64,000 nucleotides of DNA from Chrysomallon squamiferum (lineage: Eukaryota > Animalia > Mollusca). A program made the translations under genes and the position numbers. The notes below the pieces were generated by a model that saw only the letters and a list, made by a program, of their open reading frames with translations, was not told where the DNA came from and made no database searches. Shown one piece after another: positions 1 to 15,099 of this stretch. How positions within the stretch are numbered: position 1 is the stretch's first letter; the number at the start of each line of letters is the position of its first letter. The DNA is taken from contig CM022674.1 in NCBI GenBank assembly GCA_012295275.1, positions 6,634,001-6,698,000 of the forward strand, given 5' to 3'.

Positions 1-1
1 T

Positions 2-64
<63 letters not shown>

Positions 65-94
65 CATAATAATAATAGTAATAAAAACACTTAC

Positions 95-3000
95 ATTAAA
101 GTCTTGGTTATCAATCAGACAGAAGCCACTGATTTGCTTAAGAAGGTCAAGAATTCCAAATGTCTTAGCAAACTCAGCAACCTTGTTGGAGAACTGAAAC
201 ACAGAGACAAAACTACAACATCCCACACAGAGACTGAGCTAGACCAGGTTTTAGTTAAACTTCATTCATTTCTTTATAAATTCTAAATTACTTTTAATTA
301 AAATAAAGTCCAGAAAACATTTATATACCCCCAAAAAATAAAAAAAAAAAAAAAAAAAATAAAACTTGTTTACTCGTTGGTAAATAACAATATAATAAGA
401 GTAATTTAGTTAGGAGGAAGGAATCTTTTTACATTCAGACAGGACGGAGAGCATATACAAAGAATTAGTCAACAATTCACTATCTTCTACTTATTTTCAT
501 CATCAGAAACTAAGTCAGCTGCTTCTGTTCATTCCCATGTTAGCATGTAACTGATGTAGATATTCCATTTACACATACACAAATTTAGAGAATACACAAA
601 AGTTTTCTTAAACAGCAAAACAAAAAAAAAAAAAAAAAAAATAAACTAAAACTCTCAGGCAGTTCTTCCTTCTGCAGACAAAATGTCTTTAATCCAACAC
701 ACCAAATCCCAAGTTTTCAAAAAAACAATACAATACTCACATGTTGCTGCTCTTTCTCTGGCAAAATCAACATGATGTCAAACAACATGTACAGGACAAC
801 AGCGTGTTTCTTATCTAGAGACACATCCAGCAACAGGTAGACAGCTAGCAGTGCCTGCAGGAAGTGAAAACATTTCTATTTTGTTATTTTCTATCTATGT
901 GTAGTTTTAAGTCTTTATTTCTAGCCATTTCTGGATTTTTTTTTTGGCATTAATGAATGTCTTAATGTTCTCTGAAACTCCCAAAATTATTAAGCATGAC
1001 TGTTGATATTAAAATTTCAGTAATTAAATATTCTTATCTTCTATACATTTTAAAGAAATCTCACTGACTCTAATAACTGTAGGGGCTTTGATTTTTGTTG
1101 TATTTTTTTTTTTTTTTTTTTTTTTTGTATCTTGAACAACAACAACAAAACAAATAATCTAAAAATTAACACATTTACGTATTTAGAAGTAAAAAAAATT
1201 AGTTTTTCGACTTACATGAAGACTAGGAGGTGGGTAGAGTCCATTCCCACCCTCACGTTTCCACACAGCAGTGAGTTCCTGGCCGCAGCATTTAACCAAC
1301 CCATCAATGAGAAGTAACTCTGTTCCCTTCATCTCACTGAAACAGAAAAACACTTCAAATAACACACTACACACATCAACACAGTGTGATGTAATTTCAT
1401 TAAAACCTTTCCTTGTTAACTGCAGAAAACACCATGACTTTTAAATTTAAAACAAAATAACAAATTATAAAAATGAACAGATTGTGAAATAATTTCATTA
1501 ACCTTTTCCCTGTTGACTACAGAAAACAGATTTACACCTTGACTTTTAAGTTTTCATTTCTCCTACAGTGACAAATTAGCAGTCATGGTTCACTGATTGT
1601 AACACAGTCTTGTAACTCTATTTTCATCAGTCCAGATAGTGCCAGAATATCTTCTACCATAGTTTAAATTTTTCATTAATTCAACTTAATAGTCTGCTAT
1701 TTATTTATTTTATTTATTTTATTTATTTATTATATTATTTAATAATTAATTTAAAAAAACAAACAAGGATGCTGACAACATCATCGCTGATGTTATTTCT
1801 GTCTCACCTCTGCAGCTGTCGTATGGCAGAGCGACGAGTGTCGTAGATACGTTCCAACTTGCAGTATGGATAACAGAACAATGAACTTGTGTCAGATACC
1901 ACATCTGTACATAAGTAAATAAATTAATTATTAAACAAATAAAATAAATAAATAAATAAATAAAAATATAAATAAATAAATAAATAAATAAAAAGTAAAT
2001 AAAAAATAAAAATAAAGCAGATAAATAAATAAATAAATAGATAGATAGTAAATTAATAATAAATAAATAAATAGTAAATAAAAATTAAAAATAAAGCAGA
2101 TAAATAAATAATTAGATAGATAGATAGTAAATTAATAATAAATAAATAAATAGTAAATAAAAATTAAAAATAATATAATAAAAATAAAAGATAAAATAAA
2201 TAATTAAATAAATAAATAAATAAATAAGTAAATAAAATAAAAAATTAAAAAATAAAATAAATAATAACAAATAACTATATATACAACAAATAAATAACTA
2301 TATAACTAACTAACAAAATAAATAAATAAATAAACTTTAGATAAACAGTGATAAAATAACTACTAAATAGATTTTTATCTAGATGAAAATTTTAAATTTT
2401 CAAAAATAAGTTCAAAGTAGAAATTAAATTTACCATCATCCTCAGGTAGCAGTTTTGCATCAATGAACCAAAGAACAACCTGCAGCTGTTCACTCAACAG
2501 TGTCAACACTCTTTGTTTGTTAGTCAACTCCAGCAAACCTGAAATTATTTAGTAATCTACATAATTTCTTACACACATACAAGTTAGGCTTTATCCCTCC
2601 ATATCGACCCTCCTTTTCCAACCCTAACCCTAACCCTTCTTCTTCTTCTTCTTTTCTCAATCTCTCTCTCTCTCATGTTGAACAAACATACAAACTGCTC
2701 TCTCTGACTCTCTATATATATATCTTTATATATGTGCACGCACGCAACACTCGTACACACACACACACACACACACCAGTCTTTCTTTCAGCAATAAAAC
2801 TTTTATTTTTGATGACAAATCTAAACAATATCTAAAAACCAATTAAAGTTTATCTATGGATATAAAATCAGAAACTCCCAGTGAAAGATCAGTGTCACAA
2901 TAAATCAATGTTCTCTAGAAGTATCATAAAACAAACCCAAACGTATATTTTAACTGTAAGCATTAAGCATTTAGTTAAATCTGAAATACAAAATTCATAA

Positions 3001-6000
3001 ACAAACTAGCAATTATACCAATAAAAAATAAAATCTATATTTATGACAAAACACAAACAAACTAAAGCAAACAAACAAAAAAACAACCGGGTCTCTAGAT
3101 TACAATATGGCATGTCCACTGATACAAATACTTTCATCTTACTACTGATAACGACACATATTTTAATAAATGAACATTTTTCTTAGACAAAACTTTTGAA
3201 CATTAAATTAGAAACAAGACAATTACCTTGTTCTGTGCTTGGTGCTGAATGTAGCAGGTTAGCCAGAATTGTGAGCAGATTTGTGAATGTGCTGCTAGCT
3301 CGGTGAAGTGTGTGAAGTAACCGACTGTCTACTTGTTTTCCTGACCAGTCGTACAGACACTTAGCTGCAAATGTAAACACATTAAATTACTCTTACTATT
3401 TAATAACAAAATATATAAAGAATAATCAAAACACATATTTTGAAGTTTGTAGTTTTGAGAGAGGAGGACTGAATGAATGGTAAGAAGGCAAAAAAGGTAA
3501 AAAGGAAGAGGTCAGAGAGAGAGAAAGAAAGAGAAAGGGAGAGAATGAGAATGAGAGGAAGAAAGTTTGAAAGAAAGAAGAAATAAAGATAAAAACTTGG
3601 CAGGGAGACAGTGTGAGAAAGTGAGATGGAGTCAGAGAGAGCAAGAATGAGTGCAAGAGAAAAATATGGAGAAAGACATCTAGAGGAAAATGGAAAGAGA
3701 AAGAATTACAGAGAGATTCGTAGAAAGACACAGGAAATAAATTACAAGTTTCTAACTAAAAAATACTTTCTTGCTAACTATCTGTGGTACTTACTGCTTT
3801 CATCAATGATTCTCTTCGTGTTGGAAACTTGATCCCAAGCCCAGTCAAGAATAAATTTCAGCGTGCAGCCCTGGTGGACAAACTCTGTAATAACAACAGC
3901 AATGACAGTAATATTAGTGGTGGTAGTTGTGGTTGCAGCAGTGTTGATACTAGTAGTAGTGATAGTGGAATAGCAACAGCAATAGTAATAGTGGAAGTGG
4001 GAGTAGTAGCAGAAGTATTAGCGGTAATAGTTGTAGTGACAGTAATAGTAATGGTGGTGGATAGCGGAGTAGCAACATAGTAGTTGTAGGGGCACTGGTA
4101 TTAATATTTGTAGTAGTAGTGGTAGTTGTTGTAGTGGAAGTAGTATTAATAAATGTATTTGTAAATGTAGATGTAGTAGTAGTTGTAGAGGTAGTGGTAA
4201 TTGATTGAATTAGTATCTGTTAGTAACTAGTACTGGTAGTTATAAAAGTAGTGGTAGTAGTAGTTATGAAAAAGTAATATTAACTGAAGTAGTCACAATA
4301 ATTATAAGAGTTGTGTAAAATTAAATAGTTCACTGATTAATAGAGAAAACCAAAAGATCAAAATGTAAAATAAAAATATAAAAGAATTTATTATTCATAT
4401 TAAAACTGAACTACCTCCATCAGCCCAGACTTCGATGCAGTCAACAATGAATGAAATCATTGGGTACTCCAAGACCATTGTTAGCAAACACTGTCTCTGA
4501 ACAACCTATAAATAAAAAAATAAAAATAAATAAATAAAATAAATAAAAAGTATTAATAAATGAATAAAAATATGCAAATCATTAAATATGTGAAGTAAGC
4601 CGGAAGTGAAATGTTTCTTGTTCAAATTAAGTTTTATATTTAATGCCAAAAAATTATATATATAAATCAGTTTTGTTCAATAATAAAAGATAGTTATAGT
4701 CTGGTATATGCTTAATTTAAATGAAACTGATATTAAAAAAAATAAACAAACAAACAAACAAACCAATAAACAGAACAAAATAAATATCTAAAATTATTTT
4801 AAAAATTAAACCCATTCAAATCAAAAATTTCAGCCAGTGAGTAGTACATATGTTATAATTAATTAATTAATTTATTTGTTTATTTGTTTATTCATGCTAT
4901 TTACCACATTAGAGGCAAGGGGTCCAATCTCATGTTTTGGAAGTAGTCCAAGTAGGACACAGGTGTTGTAGAGATCTCGTGGGTCCAGCAGACACATAGC
5001 ACCTTTCTGTCTCATTTCATACAGCACCTAAAACAAAGACAGACATACATAGCACCTTTGTCTCATTTCATACAGCACCTAAAATATACAGACATAGACG
5101 ATAACAGACACATAGACATCAGACACCTAATATATACAGACATAGACACGTGACAGATAGCACCTTTCTGTCTCATTTAATATAGCACCTAAAACACAAA
5201 GACAGACAGACACATAGCACCTTTCTGTCTCATTTCATACAGCAGCACGTGACAGACCTAAAACATAAAGCACCTAAAACATACACATGCACGTGACAGA
5301 CACATAGCACCTTTCTGTCTCATTTCATACAGCACCTAAAATAAAGACACATAAATAGCACTTTTGTCTCATTTCATACAGCACCTAAAATATACAGACA
5401 TAGACACGTGACAGACACATAGCACCTTTCTGTCTCATTTCATACAGCACCTAAAATATACAGACACAGACACGTGACAGACACATAGCACATTTCTGTC
5501 TCATTTCATACAGCACCTAAAATATACAGACATAGACACATGACAGACACATAGCACCTTTCTGTCTCATTTCATATAGCACCTAACATAAAGACAGACA
5601 TACGACAGACAGACAATTAGCACCATGCTATCTAGTGTCACATAGCATCTGTAACATAAATACATACACAGACCCATGAACAACAGACAATATATATTTT
5701 ACTCCACATATTTTATTTAAAATAAAATAAAATAAAATAAAATGAAGTGTTTTATCCCAGTAATAAATGAAATCATCACAGTAAATTATTATTTTCTAAA
5801 TAAAAGTGTAAAATATAATTTCACAAAGGAGTTATATAAATCCTAAAAACAGAAATGTAAATTTACTTGTTTTTGCAGACCAAGAAATGAAGCAGTTATA
5901 ATTCCAGTTTCCATCAGGCAAACAGCTTCTGAAAAAAAAAAAAAAAAAAAAAAAATTAAAAATAAAAATAGACAGAGAAAAACAAACTACCCAAAAATTC

Positions 6001-7557
6001 AGACTGCTAAATAAATTCTGTGAGATGGGAAATTCAAAAATTTTAGTTCGTTTATTAAAAAATGTTTGTGTGTGCCTCTTCTTAAAACATCAAACATAAA
6101 ACTTTCATTTCTATAAAATCTATTATAAATAAGTCTGTGGATACATGAATATGAAATTTTTAATTTTTACAAACCAAAGGTCAGGGCAGATGGGTAAAAA
6201 TGCTGCTCTGGTGGCAGGGGTGTGTTGTTGATAAAACGTTTCACAGAATTCCTCTGAACATGTAGATTCTGAAAATATAAATAAATTAATAAATAAAAAT
6301 ATAAATAAATTAATAAATTAATAAATAAAAATATAAATAAATAAATAAAAATAAATAAAAATATAAATAAATAAATAAATTAATAAATAAAAATTATTAT
6401 TATTATTATTATTCAGAGCTCACTGAAATAAAACTCTTTTCTAAATAACAGTAATATGATAAATAAATATAATTACTCGGTTTTAAATGGTATCAAATTG
6501 TATTTTAAATAATAAGAATAAGAAGAAGAAGGAGTAAATATGATTCAGCTTTCATTGAAATGAAACAGTATTCTAAATAATAATGATGATGATAATGATG
6601 ATAACAAAAAATGAAATTTTTCAGTTTTCAATGAAATCAAATTAATTCTAAAAGATGCAGGTTTTATTTTAAAAACAAAACAGTTTTTTTAGCCCTATAT
6701 ACAAGAAATACATAAACTGCTTTGCAATAAATACTGCCTGCTTTTTTTCTATTTTCTTTTTTTTTCCTTTGTATTTTTTCAGACTAAACATTCTCAGGCT
6801 TGCTTCTGTAAAGAAACTCTGAACAGCATCCACACTGAGCTGTGAATAATTTTACGAACAGTTAATAATTTTTAATAATGTCTGCATCGTTTGAAAGAAA
6901 AAAATCAATATTCTTTTACATTTTGAAAAAATAAATTAATATTCTTTACAATTTTTGCCACAATTAAATTTTATTAGAATTATCAGTATGAGTTGTTTAG
7001 AGTGACAAATAAAAGGTTTTTGAAAACAACTTACCAACATGACATCTGGCAGTGCAATGTCTGTGATATCGTTTAGTCGGTAGACAGCAAAGTAAGAACA
7101 TATTTCCTTGTACACTGCCCCAAATCTGTTTACAGGGTTTTAAATGTTTGTTATTTTTATTTCACTTCTTTTATTTCAGTGACTTTTTAGTTATTTTACC
7201 AAACTGTTGTTTTGTTACTTCATTAAGTATTTATATTCTTTGTAACTTTTGTTTAATATTTATAAAGTGCTTACAAGAAAATTATAAAATATATATTGAT
7301 GATGATGACAATGAGGATAATAATAACAACACTAACAATAAACAACAATCACTATGACAATAACAGTTATACTTAAAAATTATGATAACAATAATAATAA
7401 AGTATTTAATATTAACCAATTACAAGAAATATTAAAGACAACTAATAATAACAAAAACATTAATGATAACAATCATATAATATTATTATAATAATAAAAA
7501 GAAAATTAAGTAATAATAATAATAATCATGAAATAATAACAACAGTAAGTAATAACA

Positions 7558-7597
<40 letters not shown>

Positions 7598-10500
7598 CAA
7601 CAATAACAATAATAACAATAACAATAATAACAAATTACTTGATAGTTGATGGCATTTGTGCATGGTACCATCTGTTAATGTCAAACAAGGCAAGAAAATA
7701 ATTAGATTTGTCACTGGGACCACTGTCCTGGGCTTCCCAAACAATCACACACAGAGAAAGATCTGGACCATGGCACGCTGTAATAATAATAATTATTTAA
7801 AATATTAATATATATATATATGTATTACTTTTATTAGACAACAATTCAATTTAATTTCAATGATATTTATTTATTTATTAGTTTTTTGGCATCGAACACT
7901 GTTATTTGAAAACCTGTATAGAGTTCAGTCTGTGGGTTACTCCTTCTCAATAACTAACAAGTGTTCTTTTTTTAACACCTTCTCATATACGGTACAGCTT
8001 GTACCATACTTAATAAAACCAGATACAAGAGAGAGACTGATAAGAAAAAACAAAATGTGTAATAAATCTTTCCCTAATTATTCAGTACAATCTGTCTAAA
8101 ATCATTTTAAAATGTTTATTCTACAATATCAAAGACTAATTAGTTAACATTTTTAACAAACTTGCCCTCTTCAAAGGACTCATTTTCGGGCAGGACAGCT
8201 GGGGGGGTGTAGAGTGGATCAACGAGCGTGTAACATGAAACAATCTGACTCATCCACGTGTTCTGCTTGGACAATCCACCAAATGGATCCACAAGCAGCT
8301 CGTATTCCAGTCGCAGACACACAGTCTCCAGTTCCTACCAGATAAAATTAGTTTCTTTAAAATTTAGAATAACCAAGAGCCAAAAATCAGACTGGGCCAA
8401 AAAAAAAAAAAAAAAAAATAATAAAATAAAAAAATCAAACAAATAATAATAATAATAATAATTTTGTAAAGACCCTGTCTATAAATAAAATATAGGAAAA
8501 ATACTGATTGTTAAAAGAAAAGAAAATAAATATTTGTAAAGACCCAATAAAAAAAAAAAAAAAAAAGAAAGAAAACATGAAAATAATGATAATCCTTTTA
8601 TACATGAATGTTTTAAAATACTTTTAATTGTTTATAAACCGTTTTAATTATGACAATTTGTAAACGATATAGATCCAGACATGATTTTTCTTTGGTCCCA
8701 AAATTACTTCAGTAATATAAAGGTGAAGACTTCTTTTCTTAAAAGTAATTTTTATAATCTTGTAATGTCAGATTTAATATTATCAAAATACCTCGTAAAA
8801 CACGCCATAACTGCTGTAGATGGTTTTCTTCCCAAAACAAAGCTGATACAGACACACTGTACTGATATTTTCTTGTCTGTAACATAAATTAAACATTTAT
8901 TTTTTAAATATTTACTTCTGATTACATTTAACATTTCATGTAAATTTCCGAGCTATAAAATAAAAATCATTTTAAAATCATTTTAATTCTTTTTACATAT
9001 AAAACATTTCTTATTCGAAAAATAACTAAATATGTCATCACTTAACACTTGTTCTTATAGTCTGAGCACGATTTAGATAATTCTCGTAACTACAAAATAA
9101 AGATAATTTGAAATATAACCTACTTTTTGTTGTATTTAAAATACATTTCACAAAAACACATTTTCACAAATTAACAAGATTAAAGATTAAAATGATATTT
9201 AAATAAATATTACAATAATAAATAAAAGAAATGATCAAATTTAGTTTTTTTCCAGAGAATTCTCTTTCTCAAGAGATAAAAATGTTCACTCTCACATTAT
9301 TACATTTTATTACCTACCTACTTTTCAATTCAAATTTTCAACCACACCAAATTTTCAAAGATAACTGCTTAACAGACATTTCTCACTATCAATAACACTT
9401 TTATTTTTTTTTTTTTTTTTTTTTTTACCCTGGTTGAATGAGGGAGTTATCTCTAGCCACCCAGAGATATGAAAAATTCTTTGGGTCATTTTCTGGCTCC
9501 TGGTATGTGAAGTGTGACACAGCATTTGGTTCTGGTTCAAGACGGCTGCAATACCTATCAAAAAAAAAAAATTTAATCAGAATTAAAATCAATAACAATT
9601 ATTGAATGTTTGTATAAAAAAAAAAAAAAAAAATAAAAAATTAAATAGATAAAAACTATAACAACATCAACAACAACAATAATAATAAATAAAAAATAAC
9701 AATAATACAAAATAATAACCTTTTAAAAATCTATAATAAAACAATCAAGCTTAAATAATCAGTCTGAAATAATTTTAATTAGGTTAATTAATCATAAAAT
9801 TCTCACTCATCTAATTAGAATTTTTTTTTTTAAATGTACAAAATGGAATTTTATCTTTTAATCCTAAAAATGTCACTTAAACAGACAAGATTGTTTCTTG
9901 TGTCTACCTGTTTTATTAAATTATCTAAATATTTATTTATTAATCTCTTCAAGTGATAAAATAAATACTTTCTGTTTACTTTCAAGAAATTGTTTGTTAC
10001 TGGTTTTTTCTAAAAGTCCACCTCCAGTTTTTATATTAAAATGAAACATTAATGATTTTATTTTATCATTTCATTCCACAAACAAAAAGAAAACTATTAT
10101 ACAAAATTCGTCTATTAATAATAATAAAATAATAATAATAATAATAATTAATGAAAAAATAAAAATAATTAATGACACTTTGCTATAGTTCAAATACTTT
10201 TAATATAATTCTTTAACACCAATTACAAAATAATAATGATCATCGTATCATCGTATGAATTAAATAAATTATCTAAGTCTCTGTAAACCTCGATTATCAA
10301 CTTAGTTTCAAAATCAAAACTTACTCCATCACTGGATTGTAAAGTTTCCACAGCTGAAACCCTCCAAAAGAAAAACCCACACAGAGAATACCTGCTTGCT
10401 GTACATACTGCAGACATGTCACAGATACACTGTCTGAAATGAACAAATTTATTTTTAAGTAAAAAATTAATTCAGCCACTAAATTCAGTCTAATTAATGG

Positions 10501-13500
10501 TTAAAGGTGGTTTAAATTTTCTTAACTAAAACACATAAATTCAAGCAAAAAGGGGAAAGTAATTAAAGATTGAATTGTGTTTTATTAACAAAATAAAATC
10601 AATTATAATTAACACATTTATGGGATGAAACTTGAACAAAATAAAGAGAATAAAATAAAGAGAGATAATGATGGACAATTCAATATATTAAATTTAAAAT
10701 AATAATATTAATAATTTAAATACATCAGTCAAAAAAAAATAATAAAAAAAAATGAATATAATAATAATATTTTTATAGTAAAAGTAAACTTATTATTTTA
10801 ATAATAAAACTGAAAATAATAACAACTATTGTTTCTAAAATGAATAAATGTAATCTTTATCATAACTACAACTATTTCATTCTTAATTTGAACATAATGG
10901 ATCCCACAGTTTTTAGTCTTTTTTAATGTTAAATATCTCTCAAAGCATGAATTGTCTCAATCTGTTGATGATTTTGAAGACACCATCCAGAACATAAAAT
11001 TATTAAAAAAATTACTGAATATAACTGAAATATTTTATGATTTATGGAAAAAAATTCTTAAGATCTAAACAAAGATGCCAAGTTAAAGTTGCCAGATTTT
11101 TCTGTATGAATTTCTATACTTTAAAAAATAAAATAAGAGAAATTTACCAGTTTTAAACTTTTTAACAACAGAGTTGTCAGGACGATAAAAAGTGAAACTA
11201 CCATGTGAACAACATTCCTCTGAAATAAAACAAAACAAAGTTAAATTAAAACTTTAAAAACCAAATAAAATTTAAATTAAACTATAATGGTATATGTATA
11301 TAAATTCAAATAATGACAATAAACTTCAAACAAATTAAACTTAAATAAAACATTTAAATAATAATCATAAAATTCAAGTAAAATAAATATAAACAGGAAT
11401 ACTGAACTTTAAACTAAATAAATTCATATGAACCATAAATAAAATTTAAGTTGTAATAAATTTCAAGTAAATTAAACATGAACTGAATTACTGAACTAGA
11501 ATAAATTCAGAGAATTTTTTTAAAATAAATAATAATAATTAATAATAATAACAACAATAAATAATAACATTAATTAAAATAATAAATATAGTAATTAAAA
11601 AAACATAATACATTTATTAATTTGAAATGTTTTCAAAACGTTCAGAGACTGAAATGAAAATACATAAGCAAACTTCTTTGGTTTTTTTTCTATGTATATT
11701 TATTATTTACTACCATGTCATTTAACAGCACAACAAAAATTCTGACTAAATCTTTGCAAAACTAAAACTCCAACAAAACCTTTGCTAAACCTTCAGTGAC
11801 TGAAATGAAAATACATAAGCAAACCATTTTCTTTTATTTATTTATTTTCGTTTTTTTTTTTCAACTTTTTTTTTTTATTATTGTTACTTTCTTTTAATAA
11901 ATATTTAAGATTATTTATTAACATACCACTTAACAGCATGGCAAGGACCTGGCCTTTTATCAGAGCCTGTTGTCTCAGAAAGTGAACATCTCGTGAGCGT
12001 GGAGTGATGAGCTGCAGAGAGCAGGTTTTTTCTGTCTCATAATCATACTTTCTGTCAGTGCACATGTCTGAAAAATAAAAATAAAAAACACAAAATATAA
12101 AATTTAATAACACTTTTGAAAATGTCAAATCAGTCATTTTTGTCTAATGTCAACAGATTTTCCTAATAGTTAAAAGTAAAAAAAAATAATAAAATAAAAG
12201 ATTTGTATTTTTAATAACACCTGTCAGAATCAGTCATTTTTGTTGAATAAATAAAACATTTTTAACCTATGTCAAGAGACTTTTGTCTAATATGCAAAAT
12301 AGTAAAACACAAAATTTATTTTAAAAGCACCTGTGAAATCAGTCAATTGTTGTCTAATGAATAAACAAAACACTTTCACCTGTGTCAACAGCTTTTGCAT
12401 TAATGCAGTTATATTTTGATAATATGATTTGTTCACGTTTTTACAGAATTTTAGATAGTGACTGTTATCATAGTGTTAAAATGATTTTGATGTTTTCATG
12501 TCTCTAATTTTGTAGTTTACATTTATGGCAAACACTCAGAACTCCTTTTTGAACGTATAGTTACTAATCATTTTATCTAAAATAGTATTAATATACTTGT
12601 TAATACTTTGAAAAACACATAATGAATATCTACTCTTAACTGCTGATGAATCTTTGTATACATGTTAGAACCCTGACTTAAAAATTAATTAAACAAATTA
12701 ATTTTTTAAATGGTAGAGTTAAATATAATCCTTGTTACATAAAAACAGTTACGTCAAGAATATTTATACTTTACGGGTAACACAATTAATGAGATTGAAT
12801 TTCGTCACCGAAGTAACAATTATTTTTAAAAGAATATAATTCAGAACAAACCAATGAGGTAAACACGGCCACTGTGAACTCCAACTGCAACAATACCATG
12901 AAATCCTTTCAAGTTGTTACAGATAGCCCAGCCTGGAAACTGATCTCCAGTCACCGTTAGAACAGTTGTCAAAGACATGACCTTGAAAAAAAAAAAAAAA
13001 AAAAATATATAAATAAATAAAGCCATAAAAAATAAAAAGATAATAATGAAATAAATATTTCAGACAAGAGTAACAGATTCATCAGTAATTACAGAAATGA
13101 CTAACAGATCAAAAGCTCAATGACAGCATGTTGCTGTATGTTTCCCCATTCCAATCATTGTATAGCCAACTTGTTAATGGTACAGATAAAAACACCTTGT
13201 TGATAATATATAAAAATAGCTAATGGAGAACAAGACATTTTCAGTCCCACAACACTAAGTTAAATAAATAAATAAGTAAACACATATATGAAGGAATAAT
13301 AAAAAATAATACTAATAAATAAATAAAATAATATTTAAAAAAAAAAATAAACAAAAAAAAATAATAATAATAATAAAATAATATAAGAAAAATATATTAA
13401 AAGAATAAAAATAAAATAAAATAAAAATACATGAAAAAAAATAAAATAAAAAAAAATAAAAAAATAATAATAATAATAATAATAAATTAAACTAAAGAGA

Positions 13501-13921
13501 AAGAAGTCCTGGCTAAATAACTCAATAACAAGGATTTAAAAACATTATTACCTTTTGTGGTATTTCAATCGTTTTCACAACACAAGACTTGAAGAAGTCA
13601 AACAGACAGACCATGCCTGTGTTGTAAGTGGCAAGACCAACAATCAGCATCGTGATGTCGTTCACTTGGTACTCCTGTACAGTGGTGATGACAGTGCCCG
13701 AGTCTTTGGAAACGGAACCAAACTTCCACGTCGCTACACGAGTACGTGACTTCGTGGTGAGAACCTCCAAGAACGGTCCATGGTACAGCCAAGAAAAGTT
13801 ACCATCTGTAACACGAGATGAATTAAATGTTTTTAACACAAAGTATTATTCATTATTTTTGGAGCACATGTTATTTGCCTTTTATGATTCCCATGAGAGA
13901 AAGAGTATTTATGTGTGCATA

Positions 13922-14020
<99 letters not shown>

Positions 14021-14369
14021 ATTTCCTTAATATTTCTATGTTGATGTAAATTGTCAAAATAACTTTTTTTCCTTGTCAAAGCATATCTACACCAATGTGA
14101 AGAAAATAGGTATACAAAATTCAGATTTTTATAAATAATTTGTGCTAATAATCCCAAGTTTCAATGATACAAGACTAATTGGTTATGTTTCAAACTACTG
14201 TGGATAGAATAAATTAAAATAAATAGATAATTATTTATTTAAATCAATGAATACCATTGCTTGTGTTTCCATTTATTCCAATAACATCTGTTTTTTCAAG
14301 GACTTCTTGTGTACAAGGCTGGAATGGCAGCAGTGATGAAACATTACTTGGAATGAGATTTGGCCTCAT
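95..14369 (-). CDS. AHCTF1: Protein ELYS / AHCTF1 nucleoporin, N-terminal beta-propeller and helical region; multi-exon, continues beyond left edge of window
   Basis: Phase-consistent exons read by eye (5'->3' on minus): 14369-14255 (MRPNLIPSNVSSLLPFQP), 13805-13552 (GPFLEVL...CLFDFFKSCVVKTIEIPQK), 12981-12852, 12067-11927, 11219-11148, 10433-10325 (LCVGFSFGGFQLW), 9554-9429 (FTYQEPENDPKNFSYLWV), 8876-8792, 8334-8166, 7777-7639 (LFDINRWYHAQMP), 7125-7035, 6268-6175 (PPEQHFYPS), 5928-5867, 5027-4905, 4505-4415, 3884-3795, 3364-3227, 2538-2434, 1904-1808, 1336-1216, 854-741, 193-95 (GFCLIDNQDF). QEPENDP and FDINRWYHAQMP are motifs I recognise from vertebrate ELYS. Confidence 0.9.
5028..5640. 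repeat. Intronic tandem repeat (66-nt period in its regular part) containing copies of the ELYS splice acceptor and exon start
   Basis: About 8 copies of 'catagcacctttctgtctcatttcatacagcacctaaaa'; gcacctaa recurs at 5381, 5447, 5513 and 5579. Confidence 0.9.
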
Positions 14370-15099
14370 CTTGTTTTACTGCTTTTTCCCTTTAAAACAT
14401 AAAACAAAATTAGCATCAAAGTCGTTATTATTTTCAACTGACTGGAAGTTTCAGTTTTATATCTTCACTTTAACACTGTATTGCGTATATACTGTGCAGC
14501 ATGATGGTTACCAGCATCTGGAAATTACAACAATTTATTGAATCTTATCTGAGGTTCTATTAACAAAATTAAAACATTTAAAAATTATTATTATTTTTTT
14601 TTTTTAAACAACCTGAAATTAGTATATTTTGTTCAGTTATCTTAAGTATTCCCATTTTTAGACAATTATGCTCGATTTATAAAAAAAACTCAGTTAATAT
14701 GATATGTTAATTAAGAAAAAAGGTCCTATTATAATTTTTATGTACGACCAACTTAATATAAATATCATAATATCATATGTAAGAAAGATTTCCATTACTC
14801 ATTTACTCAAATTACTGTATGAAATTTCCAAAACTCAATTCATATTTGTAACTAAAGTTACTGATGTGTCTGACAGTAATAGAAAATAAATCAATAAAAC
14901 CAAAATTTGTAATAAAAACTAACAATTCAGAATTCACAACACCGATACTAGTGATAATCATACTGCAATGCCAATAGTATAGACTAGTCTACACTGTCAA
15001 CAGTCGATACGATCTCCATTGAATAAAATGCATTATAGAAGTATTTCGAATCATCCCATTTTGTTTGATTTCTAAAAATATGTTTAGTCTGACTTTATA

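Noticed and set aside
2620-2637. Three telomere-like (AACCCT) hexamers
   Set aside because: Too short and embedded in mixed simple repeats; no evidence of an interstitial telomere or healing event.
3784-4080. 98-aa plus-strand ORF
   Set aside because: Antisense to an ELYS exon and running into a degenerate (GTA/GTG)n tract; low complexity.
5028-5640. Possible CRISPR-like array
   Set aside because: The intervening segments are themselves repeats, the context is a eukaryotic intron and there are no cas genes.
11645-12400. Short degenerate direct repeats in ELYS introns
   Set aside because: Ordinary local slippage duplications with no regular structure or junction involvement.
13628-14157. 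ORFs with poly-RE / poly-SL
   Set aside because: Products of the (GA)n microsatellite and the antisense of an ELYS exon.
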